Shown here: positions 10,787 to 21,520 of the stretch, in pieces | Layout of the letters: each line of letters starts with the position of its first letter | Position numbering within the stretch: the stretch's first letter is position 1 | Assembly: GCA_963809485.1 (NCBI GenBank) | Contig: CAWEJX010000007.1 | Location: 352,001 to 416,000 of the forward strand | Reading direction: 5' to 3' | Source: an uncultured Acidobacteriota bacterium | GTDB lineage: Bacteria; Acidobacteriota; UBA6911 | Length of the DNA: 64,000 nucleotides | The notes under the pieces: generated by a model | Databases searched by the model: none | The model's input: the letters and a program-made list of their open reading frames with translations, nothing else | What the model was told of the DNA's origin: nothing | Made by a program: the position numbers and the translations under genes

Positions 10787-11749
10787 ATGAACGCGACTAC
10801 ACCTTTGCTGAATATCCAGGGACTCTGCAAGGACTTCGTTTCGGGCAGTCTCTGGGGAGTGCGCACTCAGGCGCTCTGCGACGTGGATATGGAGGTCGCC
10901 CGGGGGGACATCCGCGGAATTGTCGGGGAATCCGGATCCGGAAAGACAACTCTGGCCCGTTGTAGCCTGCGTCTGCTGGATCCGACCCGCGGCGTGGTGG
11001 AATTCGACGGGCAGGATTTGGCGAGGTTGAGCCCGGCTGCCCTGCGCCGCCGGCGCCGCGAATTCCAAATGGTTTTTCAGGATCCTTTCGCTTCCCTCGA
11101 TCCCGCGATGTCCGTGGGGGAAATCCTGCGCGAACCCCTCAGCATTCACAAAGCAGGCACTCGCAAAGCTCAGGACGAGAGAATTCGCGAGCTTCTGCAC
11201 GAGGTGGCGCTCGACGAATCGCTGATCCGGCGGAGCCCTGCGGAGCTTAGCGGCGGTCAACAGCAGCGCGTTGGCATTGCCCGCGGTCTGGCCTTGAAGC
11301 CCCGACTGCTCGTGGCCGACGAGCCGGTTTCGGCGCTGGATGTTTCCGTCCAGGCTCAGATTTTAAATCTGCTGGCCAGCCTTATAAAACAATACGGTCT
11401 CACCTTGGTCCTGATCTCGCATTCGCTTTATGCCGTCCATTATTTGTGCACAAGCATCACCGTGATGTATCGGGGGCGGATTATCGAGGAATCGCCGGCC
11501 GCGCGGTTCTTCGAAGAGCCCAGGCATCCCTACAGCCGCCTTCTACTGGATTCGATGCCGGCGCTGGATTCCTCCAAGCGCGTGAGCATTCCCACGGAAA
11601 AGAAGGATTGGGCTCATATCCTGCGGGCTCAGGCGGGGTGCTCCTTCTGCCCTCGCTGTCCGCATGCCATGCCGGTCTGCCGTGAAAAGATCCCGCCTCT
11701 TGCGGAAATCGGCAAAGGTGAAAAGGCCGCCTGCTTCCTGTATTTGTGA
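10787..11749 (+). CDS. Oligo/dipeptide ABC transporter ATP-binding protein (OppF/DppF-like)
   Basis: [42 protein letters not shown]-terminal Cys cluster. Confidence 0.92.
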   Translation: MNATTPLLNIQGLCKDFVSGSLWGVRTQALCDVDMEVARGDIRGIVGESGSGKTTLARCSLRLLDPTRGVVEFDGQDLARLSPAALRRRRREFQMVFQDPFASLDPAMSVGEILREPLSIHKAGTRKAQDERIRELLHEVALDESLIRRSPAELSGGQQQRVGIARGLALKPRLLVADEPVSALDVSVQAQILNLLASLIKQYGLTLVLISHSLYAVHYLCTSITVMYRGRIIEESPAARFFEEPRHPYSRLLLDSMPALDSSKRVSIPTEKKDWAHILRAQAGCSFCPRCPHAMPVCREKIPPLAEIGKGEKAACFLYL

Positions 11750-11769
11750 TTCCGCCGCCAGTCTGTTTA

Positions 11770-11872
11770 CCGCTGATAAACGCCGACAAAACCTGATCCA
11801 TGCTGAGATCACCAAAATATATATACGTTTTCGGCGTTCGTCGGCGATTGTCCGCGTACGTCAGCGTTATTT
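11770..11872. repeat. 9-nt periodic palindromic intergenic repeat between convergent genes
   Basis: cgctgataaacgccgac ... ttcggcgttcgtcggcg ... cgtacgtcagcgtt; related units at 17336-17388, 28537-28565, 48234-48277, 53914-53951, 58036-58072, 61934-61978. Confidence 0.7.
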
Positions 11873-11910
11873 GGTATTTTTATAGGATACGATCTGCGGT
11901 TTTCCTATTA

Positions 11911-12633
11911 TTATTGCACGGGTCCGTCGCTCGCGATTCGTCCATCCAACAGCCGGATCACCCGATGGGCGTGGGTGGCGATATCGGGTTCGTGGGTCAC
12001 CAGGATGATGGTGTTCCCGCGCTCGTGCAGGTCGTCGAACAACGCCATGATTTCGGAGCTGGTGGCGGAATCCAGATTCCCGGTCGGCTCATCGGCCAGT
12101 ATGAGGGAAGGATTGTTGACCAGGGCGCGGGCAATGGCGACTCTCTGGCGCTGGCCGCCGGAGAGCTCGTTGGGCCGATGGTAGACTCTTTCACCGAGCT
12201 CGACCGACTGCAGGGCTTTGATTGCGCGTTCTTTTCGCTCGTGAGACGGCGTTCCGTTGTAGATGAGGGGAAGCTCCACATTATGGAGAGCGGAAGCGCG
12301 CGGCAGCAGGTTGAAGGTCTGGAATACGAAACCGATTTCCTTATTGCGGATATGGGCAAGTTCGTCGTCGTCCATTTCCGAAACCAGGCGGGTGTTCAGG
12401 AGATATTTTCCTTTCGAGGGCGTATCGAGGCATCCGATCAGGTTCATCATCGTGGATTTGCCGGATCCGGAGGGGCCCATGATCGCCACATAGGACCCTC
12501 TCGGAATCACGAAGCTGACACCCCGCAACGCGTGGATTTCTTCGGCGCCCATTTGATAGGTTTTCCAGAGATCCTCGATTTCAATCAGGATCTCGTCGTT
12601 CGCCTTTGCGCTGTTTCCGTTGGTTCCGCTCAT
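11911..12633 (-). CDS. MacB/LolD-family ABC transporter ATP-binding protein
   Basis: [44 protein letters not shown]. Confidence 0.95.
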   Translation of the reverse strand: MSGTNGNSAKANDEILIEIEDLWKTYQMGAEEIHALRGVSFVIPRGSYVAIMGPSGSGKSTMMNLIGCLDTPSKGKYLLNTRLVSEMDDDELAHIRNKEIGFVFQTFNLLPRASALHNVELPLIYNGTPSHERKERAIKALQSVELGERVYHRPNELSGGQRQRVAIARALVNNPSLILADEPTGNLDSATSSEIMALFDDLHERGNTIILVTHEPDIATHAHRVIRLLDGRIASDGPVQ

Positions 12634-14127
12634 TGCATTCCCCTATGTTGAACTGCAGACGTTCAGCTCTCTTTTCGGATTGGGACTTGGCTTTGTTGTC
12701 GATCTTTACCGCCGCTCCGTCTTTGATGGTTCGCAGTGTCTGGAAACTTCCGGAAACAATCTCTTCCCGTTCTTTCAGGTTTTCCATCACCTCAATTTCA
12801 GATTCTCCCGTGATGCCTGTTTTTACCGGACGGAAGCGGGCTATTTTATTCTCATTGACAACGAAGACTCCTTCAAGCTCCTTTTTTTGGCTCTTATCTT
12901 TCTCGGAGTCTGCCCGGGCAACCGATTCTTTTTTCTTCCCGGTCAGGTCGGGTCGCGATATTTCCCGTCCTTGTCGACTTCCACATCGCGGACCGTGAGC
13001 GCCTGGATCGGCATCACAAGCACGTTCTGTCGGGTATCCGTGGTGATATCGCCGGTGCAGGACATTCCCGGGCGCAATTTGGGCGACGGATTCTTGAGCG
13101 TGACGATCACCTTGAAATCCTTCGCTTCCTGGGATGTGCTCGAGGTCTGGATCGGGCTATTGCCTATTTCGGTGACTTCGCCCTCGAAAACAACGTCCGG
13201 AAGCGCATCCACGTTGATCTCCGCGAAGTCTCCAAGGGACAGGTTGACGATATCGGTTTCATCCACTTTGAGCTCAGCCTGAATTACGCTCAGGTCCGCA
13301 ATGGTCATGAGGGTCGCTTCGGGATTGCTCATGATTCCAGGCAGGGCGCGCTCGCCCTTTTCGACCTTCAGCTGGGTGATGACTCCGTCCAGCGGGGCGA
13401 AAAGCGTCGTCTTTTTCAACTGGTCGCTGGATTTGGTCAGGTCCGCCTCGGCGGACTTGGCCCGCGCGCGGGAGGCGGCGGCGGACACTTTGCTTTGCTC
13501 AACGGTATTTTTCGCCGCGGCGATCTGGCTCTCCAGCTGCGCGACCTGGGCTTTCGCCACTTCGAGACGGGATTTGGCGCTCTTGAAGTCATTTTGCGCA
13601 GCCTCGTAATCGTCGTGCGAGATCAATCCATCTTCGCTAAGCTGCTGCTGGCGTTTGAAACTGCTCTGCGCTCTGGCAAAGTTGTTTTCCGCCTGTTCCA
13701 GCTCGGCACGCGAGGATCGCAGAGAAGCCTGATCGCGCATTAGATTGGCTTCTGCGTTCATGGTCAAAAATTCCTGGGAGCGGGCATCGGCGATGGCTGC
13801 TTCATGCTGGGCTCGTCTGGAGTTCAGATCTGCGGCAGTCTGAATCGGATCGATCCGCAGCAGAACATCCCCTTTTTTAACCGCGTCTCCTTCGCGGACG
13901 GGCAGTTCTGTGATTATGCCGGCAATTTCGGACTGCAGATCGACAAACTCCTTCGCTCGAATTTCTCCGCTGGCAGTGACCTTGGAGGTCAGGACATCCT
14001 TGCGCTCAATTTTGGCGGTTTGGACAACGATAGTGTTTTTGCGATTGGAGCGGACGCTGGCGAAGACTATGATCGCCAGCAGAAGAACTCCCCCGCACAT
14101 AATCCAGATCTTTTTCCGCTTACTCAT
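12581..14127 (-). CDS. MacA-like efflux periplasmic adaptor (membrane fusion protein), frameshifted near 12950; true stop uncertain
   Basis: N-terminal anchor, [11 protein letters not shown] lipoyl half, long coiled coil, APLDGVI, VDETDI, LRPGMS; C-terminus (VKTGITG..IEV..L..EEIV) continues in the frame of ORF 12581-12790. Confidence 0.9.
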
Positions 14128-14376
14128 CCCAATCTCCATCTGAGGCAACGACGAATACTACGACTTGCCTGGACCAAAGGTTTCATAAATCAGCGCAAAA
14201 GATACCATTAATCCGCATATTTGGTGACTGTTTTTGCATTCAAGAGGCGGGCAAAACCGGTCGCGGCGCAGGTACACTTGGGGTACGGCTGTCCGCGGCA
14301 ATTGCTTATTAAAGGGCACGAGCGTACAATGATTTTGATCAGCACATACAATTCATACAATTCATTGGAGAAGCAA

Positions 14377-14649
14377 ATGCCGGAAGCCGACATCAAGCGT
14401 CTCATGAAAAGCCTCGGCGAATCCATCAACGAGACTCTTGGAGAATCCCCCAGAATCACTGAACGCATCCAGGAAATACGGGATGCCGGGTATGAGGTTT
14501 TTCTCGTCGTTGAAGCCAAAATCGGTTTCGGCCGGAATAGCAGGGGGGCGGAAGAGGCGCTTTCTAAAAGCCCGGAGGGACCCGTACGGCTGCGCATAAC
14601 CCAGGAAGACGCTAAGTTCCTCAAATCATTAAAGATATCTGTAGAATAG
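14377..14649 (+). CDS. Small hypothetical protein (90 aa)
   Basis: RBS ggag before ATG 14377; protein-like helix/strand pattern (GYEVFLVVEAKIGF; DAKFLKSLKISVE). Confidence 0.75.
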   Translation: MPEADIKRLMKSLGESINETLGESPRITERIQEIRDAGYEVFLVVEAKIGFGRNSRGAEEALSKSPEGPVRLRITQEDAKFLKSLKISVE

Positions 14650-14654
14650 GGCAT

Positions 14655-14699
14655 CCGGCGAAGTCTCCTGCGGCGAAGTCTCCTCCGGCGAAGTCTCCC
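14655..14699. repeat. 3 x 15-bp tandem repeat
   Basis: ccggcgaagtctcct / gcggcgaagtctcct / ccggcgaagtctccc. Confidence 0.9.
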
Positions 14700-15173
14700 G
14701 GCCGCAATTAGCTCGCACAGGACATCAGGCCGCTCACGGCCAAAAGCTTCCTCCGTTATAATAAGACAATAAAAGTCATTTTCATAACACTTCTAAGTAT
14801 ATGATATTTAAATTATTTTTAGAATATTTAAGGATCACCCAGGAAAATCAGGGAAACTTGATTTATGAGCCGCTCGTAGCGGTTTGTACAGCATTATCGG
14901 GGTCGGGGGTTGTTATTGCAATCGGATTCGGCATCGATATAGCCTCTCGTATCGCGATTTCGATTGGGATCCCGATAGTCATAAAGGCTGCAGCGCTGGC
15001 AATTTCTGGGGTGAGATCCAATTGAAAGACATCGCCCAAAAACCCGTGTCCTGGCATTCTTCTTCCGGTTCCAGGCTTCTGGCTTTCGCCCTTCAACCCG
15101 GAACCTGCACTGCTTGAGAATGAGTATGGGAGCCTGATCTTCCTTAGCGGGAGAGAGCGGCCGGAGATACGGT

Positions 15174-15587
15174 CTATAAAAGCTTGCTTGATGCTGAACC
15201 GGAGGGATTGACCGGGGCTCCGGTATCCAAGCCCGCCGGCCTGCTGTCGCTCATATTGCATCGTCCCTCAAATATGGCCCCGGCTTCAATAATGAGGCAC
15301 GGAGAAAAAATCTCGCCGTAAACCTTCCCTTCTTTCAGGATCTCCACTCTTTCCGAGGCGCGGATGGTACCGTGGAATTCTCCGCCAATTACGATTCTTC
15401 GAACTGCAACTTCGGCGTCGACTTTCCCGCCCTGCCCGATCTCAAAGGTGGCATCGGAACGGACCTTTCCCTTAATGACACAGCTCGCTCTCAGGTTGTT
15501 GGTGCAGATGAGCTCTCCGGCGAATTCCACCCCTTCACCCAAAAGGCTGACCGCATCATCCCTTAATTTTCCCTTCATGAATTGCAT
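15174..15587 (-). CDS. Bactofilin (polymer-forming cytoskeletal protein)
   Basis: SLLGEGVEFAGEL, GKVDAEV, IGGEFHGTIRASERVEI..GKVYGEI..LIIEAGAIFEGRCNM beta-helix signature. Confidence 0.93.
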   Translation of the reverse strand: MQFMKGKLRDDAVSLLGEGVEFAGELICTNNLRASCVIKGKVRSDATFEIGQGGKVDAEVAVRRIVIGGEFHGTIRASERVEILKEGKVYGEIFSPCLIIEAGAIFEGRCNMSDSRPAGLDTGAPVNPSGSASSKLL

Positions 15588-16443
15588 GGCTTGACTCCGT
15601 CGGATTGGCCTTTTCGACCAGGATTGTGTAAAGGCGCATCAACTCTTCCTGGCTATAATAGTGAATCCTTATTTCTCCTTTCCCCCCGGTTTTTGTATGG
15701 AGTTCCACCTTTGTACCCAGAGCCAGGCGCAGGCGGTCTGTGGCGGCGGCCTCATTCGGATCCTGGCCCCTGAGAAGTCTTGCGGGCTTTTCCTTATGCT
15801 TTGCCCATTTTTCGGCTTCCCGCACCGACCAGTCCTTTTCAATAATCATCCCGGCGATTTTAGACATCTCTGAAGGGCTGGCGTTGGAGGCCAGGAGCGC
15901 CCGGGCATGTCCGGGTGAAAGCTTCCTGTCGGCAACCAGGATCCTGACGGCCGGCGGCAGCTTCAGTAGCCTGAGCGAATTGGCAATGGTACTTCGCTCT
16001 TTTTTCAATCGCGCTGCGGCTTGCTCCTGGGTGATGCCGGTTTCATCCATAAACTGCTGATATGCCTGGGCTTCCTCCATGGGATTGAGGTCGTCCCGCT
16101 GAAGATTCTCAATCATGGCATATTCCAGAAGCCGATCGTCGGGAACGTCGCGGACCTGAACAGGTATTTTAAGCAGCCCGGCGCGCTGCGCCGCTGCCAG
16201 GCGGCGCTCTCCCGCTACAAGCTGGTAACCATTTGCCATGGGACGAACCAGCACCGGCTGCAGAACTCCGTTTTCCTTTATGGAAGCCGCCAGCTCTTCC
16301 AGGCGCGCCTCGTCCAGTTTGAGCCTGGGCTGTTTCGGATTTGGAACGATCCGATCGATGTCTATTTCATTCGATGGAGAAATGACCGGTTTATCCTCGG
16401 GGATCAGGGCTTCGAGCCCTCTACCCAATACCCTTTTTTTCAT
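15556..16443 (-). CDS. parB: Chromosome partitioning protein ParB
   Basis: LGRGLEAL, PNPKQPR, AGERR CTP-binding motif, IENLQR, HTH RSTIANSLRLL, GHARAL. Confidence 0.97.
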   Translation of the reverse strand: MKKRVLGRGLEALIPEDKPVISPSNEIDIDRIVPNPKQPRLKLDEARLEELAASIKENGVLQPVLVRPMANGYQLVAGERRLAAAQRAGLLKIPVQVRDVPDDRLLEYAMIENLQRDDLNPMEEAQAYQQFMDETGITQEQAAARLKKERSTIANSLRLLKLPPAVRILVADRKLSPGHARALLASNASPSEMSKIAGMIIEKDWSVREAEKWAKHKEKPARLLRGQDPNEAAATDRLRLALGTKVELHTKTGGKGEIRIHYYSQEELMRLYTILVEKANPTESSHAIHEGKIKG

Positions 16444-17197
16444 GATTCAGTATTTCCTTGGCCAGCCGAATATAGCTTTCGGCTCCTTTGGACCTTATGT
16501 CATAAAGCAGCGCCGGCTTGCCAAAACTGGGAGCCTCGGCCAGCCGCACGTTTCTGGGAATCACCGTTTGAAGCACCTTGCCGGCAAAATGGCTTATCAG
16601 ATCATCCCGGACCTGCAAACTCAGGTTCGTCCTCTCGTCGAACATCGTCAAAAGGATCCCCTGTATGGAAAGATCCGGATTGAAGGTTCGTCGAATCCGT
16701 GCGAGCGTATCGAAAAGATCCGTCAGCCCTTCAAGTGCGAAATATTCGCACTGGATCGGGATAAGAACCGAATCGGCAGCCACGAGCCCGTTGAGGGTCA
16801 GGATATTCAGGGACGGCGGGCTGTCGATCAGGACAAAATCGAAACGCGAGAGAAGGGGCGCCAGCAGTTTCTTGAGAAGGAATTCGCGCTCCGGGAGCTC
16901 GATCATTTCTATGGCTGCGCCCGTCAGGTTTTTATCCGCGGGAATCAATTTCAGGTTTTCCAGTTCCGTATCCCGCATTATTGAGACCAGCGGTTCTTCC
17001 CCGATGAGAGCACCATAGATGCTCTTATTGAGCGAACCTTTGACGACTCCCAGGCCGCTGCTGCAATTCGCCTGTGCATCGGTGTCGATGACCAGCACAC
17101 GCATGTCCGCCACCGCCAGGGCTGCGGCCAGATTAATTGCGGTTGTGGTCTTGCCGACCCCGCCTTTCTGATTGGTAACTGCAATTACTTTTGCCAT
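16421..17197 (-). CDS. parA: Chromosome partitioning ATPase ParA/Soj
   Basis: NQKGGVGKTTT deviant Walker A, DSPPSL, QCEYFALEG, IPRNVRLAEAPSFG. Confidence 0.97.
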   Translation of the reverse strand: MAKVIAVTNQKGGVGKTTTAINLAAALAVADMRVLVIDTDAQANCSSGLGVVKGSLNKSIYGALIGEEPLVSIMRDTELENLKLIPADKNLTGAAIEMIELPEREFLLKKLLAPLLSRFDFVLIDSPPSLNILTLNGLVAADSVLIPIQCEYFALEGLTDLFDTLARIRRTFNPDLSIQGILLTMFDERTNLSLQVRDDLISHFAGKVLQTVIPRNVRLAEAPSFGKPALLYDIRSKGAESYIRLAKEILNHEKKGIG

Positions 17198-17445
17198 GGG
17201 ATTATTGCGCGCAAGCGAGAGTAGCACATTATACTTCGGAGGCCAACAATTCTGTGCGTGCCCCTGTGCCTATGGCTCCAAAATTTCCGGCGCATCGGCA
17301 AAGTCTGGCGCCCGGTGGCAGACCCTTCAAGCTGGTCAGCGTAAGTCGGCGCTTGGGTCGGCGTGAGTCAGCGTTTCGAAACCCGGACCTGCAAAGCTAG
17401 TCCGCGGCATCCTTGAGATTTGCTGAGGAACTATCCGCTACCCTG

Positions 17446-17461
17446 TGTTTCACGTGAAACA
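17446..17461. promoter_or_regulatory. parS site (perfect)
   Basis: TGTTTCACGTGAAACA, the canonical chromosomal parS palindrome. Confidence 0.95.
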
Positions 17462-17489
17462 ATAGCGCTTCCTTCGCCGGCCTCCCGTT

Positions 17490-17505
17490 TGTTTCACGTG
17501 CAACA
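17490..17505. promoter_or_regulatory. parS site (one mismatch)
   Basis: TGTTTCACGTGCAACA, abutting the rsmG stop codon. Confidence 0.88.
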
Positions 17506-18138
17506 CTACCGCGGTATATACATCGAAAGCGTCCAGTTTTCCCGCCCCGGACATTTTTCGCTGCGGACCCGTTTCATCAGACGCTCCATGGCTTCCGCAT
17601 CTTCAACCGCCAACTCCCTGCCATGAAACATCCAGAATTGTGTTTGTGTATGCGCATGGGCCCGCAACTGCAAAAGTTCGCTGCATTTGAGTCTCAGGCC
17701 CTTCCATGTGACGTAGTCCCAGTTGTGATCGCTTTTGCCTAAATATTCATCCAGCCGCGAAAAATGCACCCGGGTTCCCTCCAGGCCCAGTTCGCTCGCT
17801 GCCGTCTCCAGGAAAACCGCCTTTTTGGCTTGGCTTTCAATCATCTCCAGCTGCACTCCCGGAACCAGTATCCGGAGAATAATTGCCGGAAACCCGGCTC
17901 CGCTGCCGATATCCAGAAGTGCGCACCGGCTCGCAGGCAAAAATCCCGAAGCCCAGATGCCCTCCTGAAACAACGGGCCGATAGCCGTCCAATCGGTACG
18001 CGCCGTCAGGTTGACGCGTGAATTCCACTTGGTCAATAACGCGAGATAAAGTGCCAGCTGTTCGGCAGCCCGTGATTCGATCGATATGCCGGATTTTTTG
18101 AACAGGCGCTTCAATTCATCCGTTGCATCCACAGTCAA
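17506..18138 (-). CDS. rsmG: 16S rRNA m7G527 methyltransferase
   Basis: [29 protein letters not shown]; between mnmG and parA. Confidence 0.9.
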   Translation of the reverse strand: MTVDATDELKRLFKKSGISIESRAAEQLALYLALLTKWNSRVNLTARTDWTAIGPLFQEGIWASGFLPASRCALLDIGSGAGFPAIILRILVPGVQLEMIESQAKKAVFLETAASELGLEGTRVHFSRLDEYLGKSDHNWDYVTWKGLRLKCSELLQLRAHAHTQTQFWMFHGRELAVEDAEAMERLMKRVRSEKCPGRENWTLSMYIPR

Positions 18139-20063
18139 CTCCCCTTTTCAGGAGTTTCCGGATTTGCGGCAACGCGGCGCTGTCTCGCGCGGCGCAGCTC
18201 CAGCTGAACATTCAATATTGAAATTGCCGCAGGCGTTATTCCCGGGATACGCCCGGCCATGGCGAGGTCCTTCGGGCGGATTCTGCTCAGTTTCTCCTTT
18301 GTTTCGCGGTTCAGCCCGTCAATCCGCGAATAGTCAAAATCCTCAGGAATGCGCCGGGCGGAAATACTGCGAAGCTTTTGCGCATCTCTCAACTGCTGCT
18401 GAATATATCCCTCGTAGCAGACCTCGATCTCAACCGATTGGGCCGATTCCCGTGAAGCCAGCCACCGATCGTGCAGTCTCAAAAGGGGCTCCATATCTCC
18501 AAGAGTGATCCCGGGGCGGCGCAGGATTTCTTCCAGCGTAGCCCCTTTGGCTTTTTCCGTATCCATCCTGGCCGCAAGCCCGGGGCAGTAAGCCTCACGG
18601 GGATTCCAGCGGTGCTCCTTGAGAAAACAGCGCAGCCGGTCGGCCTCCCGGTATTTGCTGAGGAAGCGGGCATAGTCGCCTTCGGGCACAAGTCCCAGGC
18701 GGTGACCCAGGGGCCGCAGCCTCCGGTCGGCATTGTCCAGGCGCAACAGCAGCCGGAACTCGGAACGCGAGGTGAACATACGATACGGCTCATCGACTCC
18801 CTTCGTTACGAGGTCATCCACCATGGTCCCGATGTAGCTCTCATCCCTGCCAAATAGGACCGGATCTTTCCTCTGCGCGCTCAAGGCGGCGTTGATCCCC
18901 GCGACAATCCCCTGCGCCGCAGCTTCCTCGTATCCGGTTGTGCCGTTAATCTGTCCGGCATGGAAAAGCCCCTGAACCCGCTTTGTCTCCAGGGTCGGGC
19001 TCAACTCCGTAGGCTGAACGAAATCGTACTCGATGGCATAGCCCGGGCGGAGCATGCGCGCATTTTCGAGTCCCGGAATCGAGCGCAGCATCGCCAGCTG
19101 AACTTCTACCGGCATGCTGTTGGAAAGCCCGTTGAGATATATTTCCTCGGCATCCAGGCCCTCGGGCTCCAGGAATAGCTGATGACGCTCCCTGTCCGCA
19201 AATTTCACTACCTTATCCTCTACGCTCGGGCAATATCTCGGACCAATCCCGCTGATGAATCCGCCATAAAGCGCTGATCTTTTCAGGTTTTCCCGGATAA
19301 GGGCGTGCAGGCTCTCGTTGGTGTATCCCAGATGGCATGAAACCTGAGGCAGGGAACATGCCTGTGTGCGCAGAGAGAAGAAAGTCGGTTTATCGTCGCC
19401 CTTCTGCTCCTCAAACCGAGCGTAATCGATCGTCCGCCGGTCGATTCTGGGCGGAGTCCCGGTCTTAAGCCGGCCCATTTGAAATCCGATCTGTTTCAGG
19501 TTTCGGGCAAGCAGAACCGAAGACGCCTCACCCATGCGACCTGCGGCAAAGCTCTGATCCCCTATCCGAATCAATCCATTTAAAAACGTTCCGGTCGTCA
19601 GAACTACGGCGCGCGACCGGATTTCCTTCCCGCCCACAAGCTGAACGCCCTGGATAATCCCTTTGTTTTCAATGATTTGCGCCACTTCAACCTGGCGCAA
19701 AGTCAGGCCTTCCCGGCCCTCCAATAATCTGCGCATCTCATTGCAATATCTGGCTTTATCGGATTGACAGCGCGGAGCCTGGACTGCCGGACCGCGGCTG
19801 GCATTTAGCAGTCGAAATTGAATTCCGGTTTTATCCGCAACTTCTCCCATAATGCCGCCCAGCGCATCGATTTCACGCACAAGGTGCCCTTTGGCGATGC
19901 CGCCGACAGACGGATTGCATGACATCCGGGCGAGCAGCCCCATATCCATGGTGCAAAGCGCCGTTCTTGCGCCCATGCCAGCCGCAGCTGCGGCAGCTTC
20001 ACACCCCGCATGCCCGCCTCCGACGATTAGAACATCGAAATCTTCAAACCCTGCCAGCGTCAC
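18135..20063 (-). CDS. mnmG: tRNA U34 carboxymethylaminomethyl modification enzyme MnmG/GidA
   Basis: [53 protein letters not shown]. Confidence 0.98.
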   Translation of the reverse strand: MTLAGFEDFDVLIVGGGHAGCEAAAAAAGMGARTALCTMDMGLLARMSCNPSVGGIAKGHLVREIDALGGIMGEVADKTGIQFRLLNASRGPAVQAPRCQSDKARYCNEMRRLLEGREGLTLRQVEVAQIIENKGIIQGVQLVGGKEIRSRAVVLTTGTFLNGLIRIGDQSFAAGRMGEASSVLLARNLKQIGFQMGRLKTGTPPRIDRRTIDYARFEEQKGDDKPTFFSLRTQACSLPQVSCHLGYTNESLHALIRENLKRSALYGGFISGIGPRYCPSVEDKVVKFADRERHQLFLEPEGLDAEEIYLNGLSNSMPVEVQLAMLRSIPGLENARMLRPGYAIEYDFVQPTELSPTLETKRVQGLFHAGQINGTTGYEEAAAQGIVAGINAALSAQRKDPVLFGRDESYIGTMVDDLVTKGVDEPYRMFTSRSEFRLLLRLDNADRRLRPLGHRLGLVPEGDYARFLSKYREADRLRCFLKEHRWNPREAYCPGLAARMDTEKAKGATLEEILRRPGITLGDMEPLLRLHDRWLASRESAQSVEIEVCYEGYIQQQLRDAQKLRSISARRIPEDFDYSRIDGLNRETKEKLSRIRPKDLAMAGRIPGITPAAISILNVQLELRRARQRRVAANPETPEKGS

Positions 20064-20136
20064 TCCGCTTCTCCGTCACAGACCGCCCCATCCGGCTTCG
20101 CCAAAAAGCTGCCACAGATGAACACCTGTGAATTCA

Positions 20137-21519
20137 CTATTTTCCAATGCAAAAGCGGGAGAATATTTCCCCTAAAAGGTCTTCAATCTGAGTTTCGCCC
20201 GTTATGGTCCCCAGTTCCTGCAGCGCCCCATGCAGGTCCGCAAGAACAAATTCCTCCGAAAGCTCTTCGCGTAAAGCGCCCGCAGCGCCCGTGAGATGCT
20301 GTTCGGCAGCTTCCAGGGCCCGACAGTGCCTCAGGTTGGTTACCATTAATCCCTCCCGGCCGGCCCGGGCCGTGCCCAACACACGGCTGAGTATCGCCGA
20401 TCGCAACTCGTCGATTCCCGATCCGGTTTTCGCGGATACTTCCACCTGCGGCCAATCCCCCGAAAATGCCCTCCGGGCTTCGGCGGACCACCTGGAGACA
20501 AGATCAGCCTTGTTCATGACTGCAATACAGGGCAGCGAATCCAGCCGGCTCTTCAAAGCCAGATCCTGCCTCGACTGATTCCTGCTTGTATCCAAAACCA
20601 GAAGGATGATGTCGGCGTCTGCTATTGCCTGCAGGCTTCGGTCGATCCCCAGCTTCTCGATGTGGTCCTGCGAATCATGGATCCCGGCAGTATCCAGAAG
20701 CCGGACGGGGATTCCCCCGATGTTCGTGAATTCGGAAACCAGGTCCCGGGTTGTTCCGGGTATGTCCGTGACGATGGACCGGTCCTGAGCCAGCAGCGCG
20801 TTGAAAACACTGCTTTTACCCACATTCGGCCGGCCGACGACGGCCATGGCGAAGCCGTCCCTGACAATTCTTCCCTGACGGAACGATTCGATCCAGGCCC
20901 TCAGTTCACTCTGCAAATGCCCAAGTTTCTGCGCCAGCTGCTCCCTGGAATCCAGCGGCAGGCTTTCCTCCACAAATTCGACAGCCGATTCGAGGTTCAC
21001 GACGATATCCACCAGCAGCTTTTTTGCGGCCTGCAGCCTTTGACCCAGTTCCCCGGACCGTTGACGCGCAGCCACCTGAGCCTGAAACATCGTCGTTGCG
21101 TCGATAATATCGCGCACGGCTTCCGCCTGCGTCAAATCCATCCGGCCGTTCAGAAAGGCCCTCATGGTAAACTCGCCCGGCTCCGCCAGGCGGGCCCCGA
21201 GCGAACAGAGGCTGTCCAGCAAAGCGGCGATCAGGACCGGGCTGCCGTGGATGGAGTATTCGGTCATATCTTCACCCGTATAGGATTTGGGTGAAACGAA
21301 AAAGGTCGCGATGCCTTCGTCAATCTCCGATCCGTCGCGCGGATCCACGATCCGCCCGAGGATCGCCCGGCGCACCGGAATTTCCTGAAATTGCCTGACC
21401 GGAAGGAAAATTCGGCGGAACAGCTCCATGCTTTGAGAGCCGCTCACGCGCACCACGGCGAGACCGGATTTCCCGGGAGCCGTCGATAGTGCGCAAATTG
21501 TGTTCGTCAGATCTTTCAT
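20137..21519 (-). CDS. mnmE: tRNA modification GTPase MnmE/TrmE
   Basis: GRPNVGKSS, GTTRD, DTAG, NKAD, terminal FSRFCIGK. Confidence 0.98.
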   Translation of the reverse strand: MKDLTNTICALSTAPGKSGLAVVRVSGSQSMELFRRIFLPVRQFQEIPVRRAILGRIVDPRDGSEIDEGIATFFVSPKSYTGEDMTEYSIHGSPVLIAALLDSLCSLGARLAEPGEFTMRAFLNGRMDLTQAEAVRDIIDATTMFQAQVAARQRSGELGQRLQAAKKLLVDIVVNLESAVEFVEESLPLDSREQLAQKLGHLQSELRAWIESFRQGRIVRDGFAMAVVGRPNVGKSSVFNALLAQDRSIVTDIPGTTRDLVSEFTNIGGIPVRLLDTAGIHDSQDHIEKLGIDRSLQAIADADIILLVLDTSRNQSRQDLALKSRLDSLPCIAVMNKADLVSRWSAEARRAFSGDWPQVEVSAKTGSGIDELRSAILSRVLGTARAGREGLMVTNLRHCRALEAAEQHLTGAAGALREELSEEFVLADLHGALQELGTITGETQIEDLLGEIFSRFCIGK

Positions 21520-21520
21520 T

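Noticed and set aside
14655-14699. Tandem repeat as a CRISPR array
   Set aside because: 15-bp units with no spacers and no cas genes
14755-14862. AT-rich tract as oriC
   Set aside because: No DnaA-box cluster or dnaA; kept only as an unexplained feature
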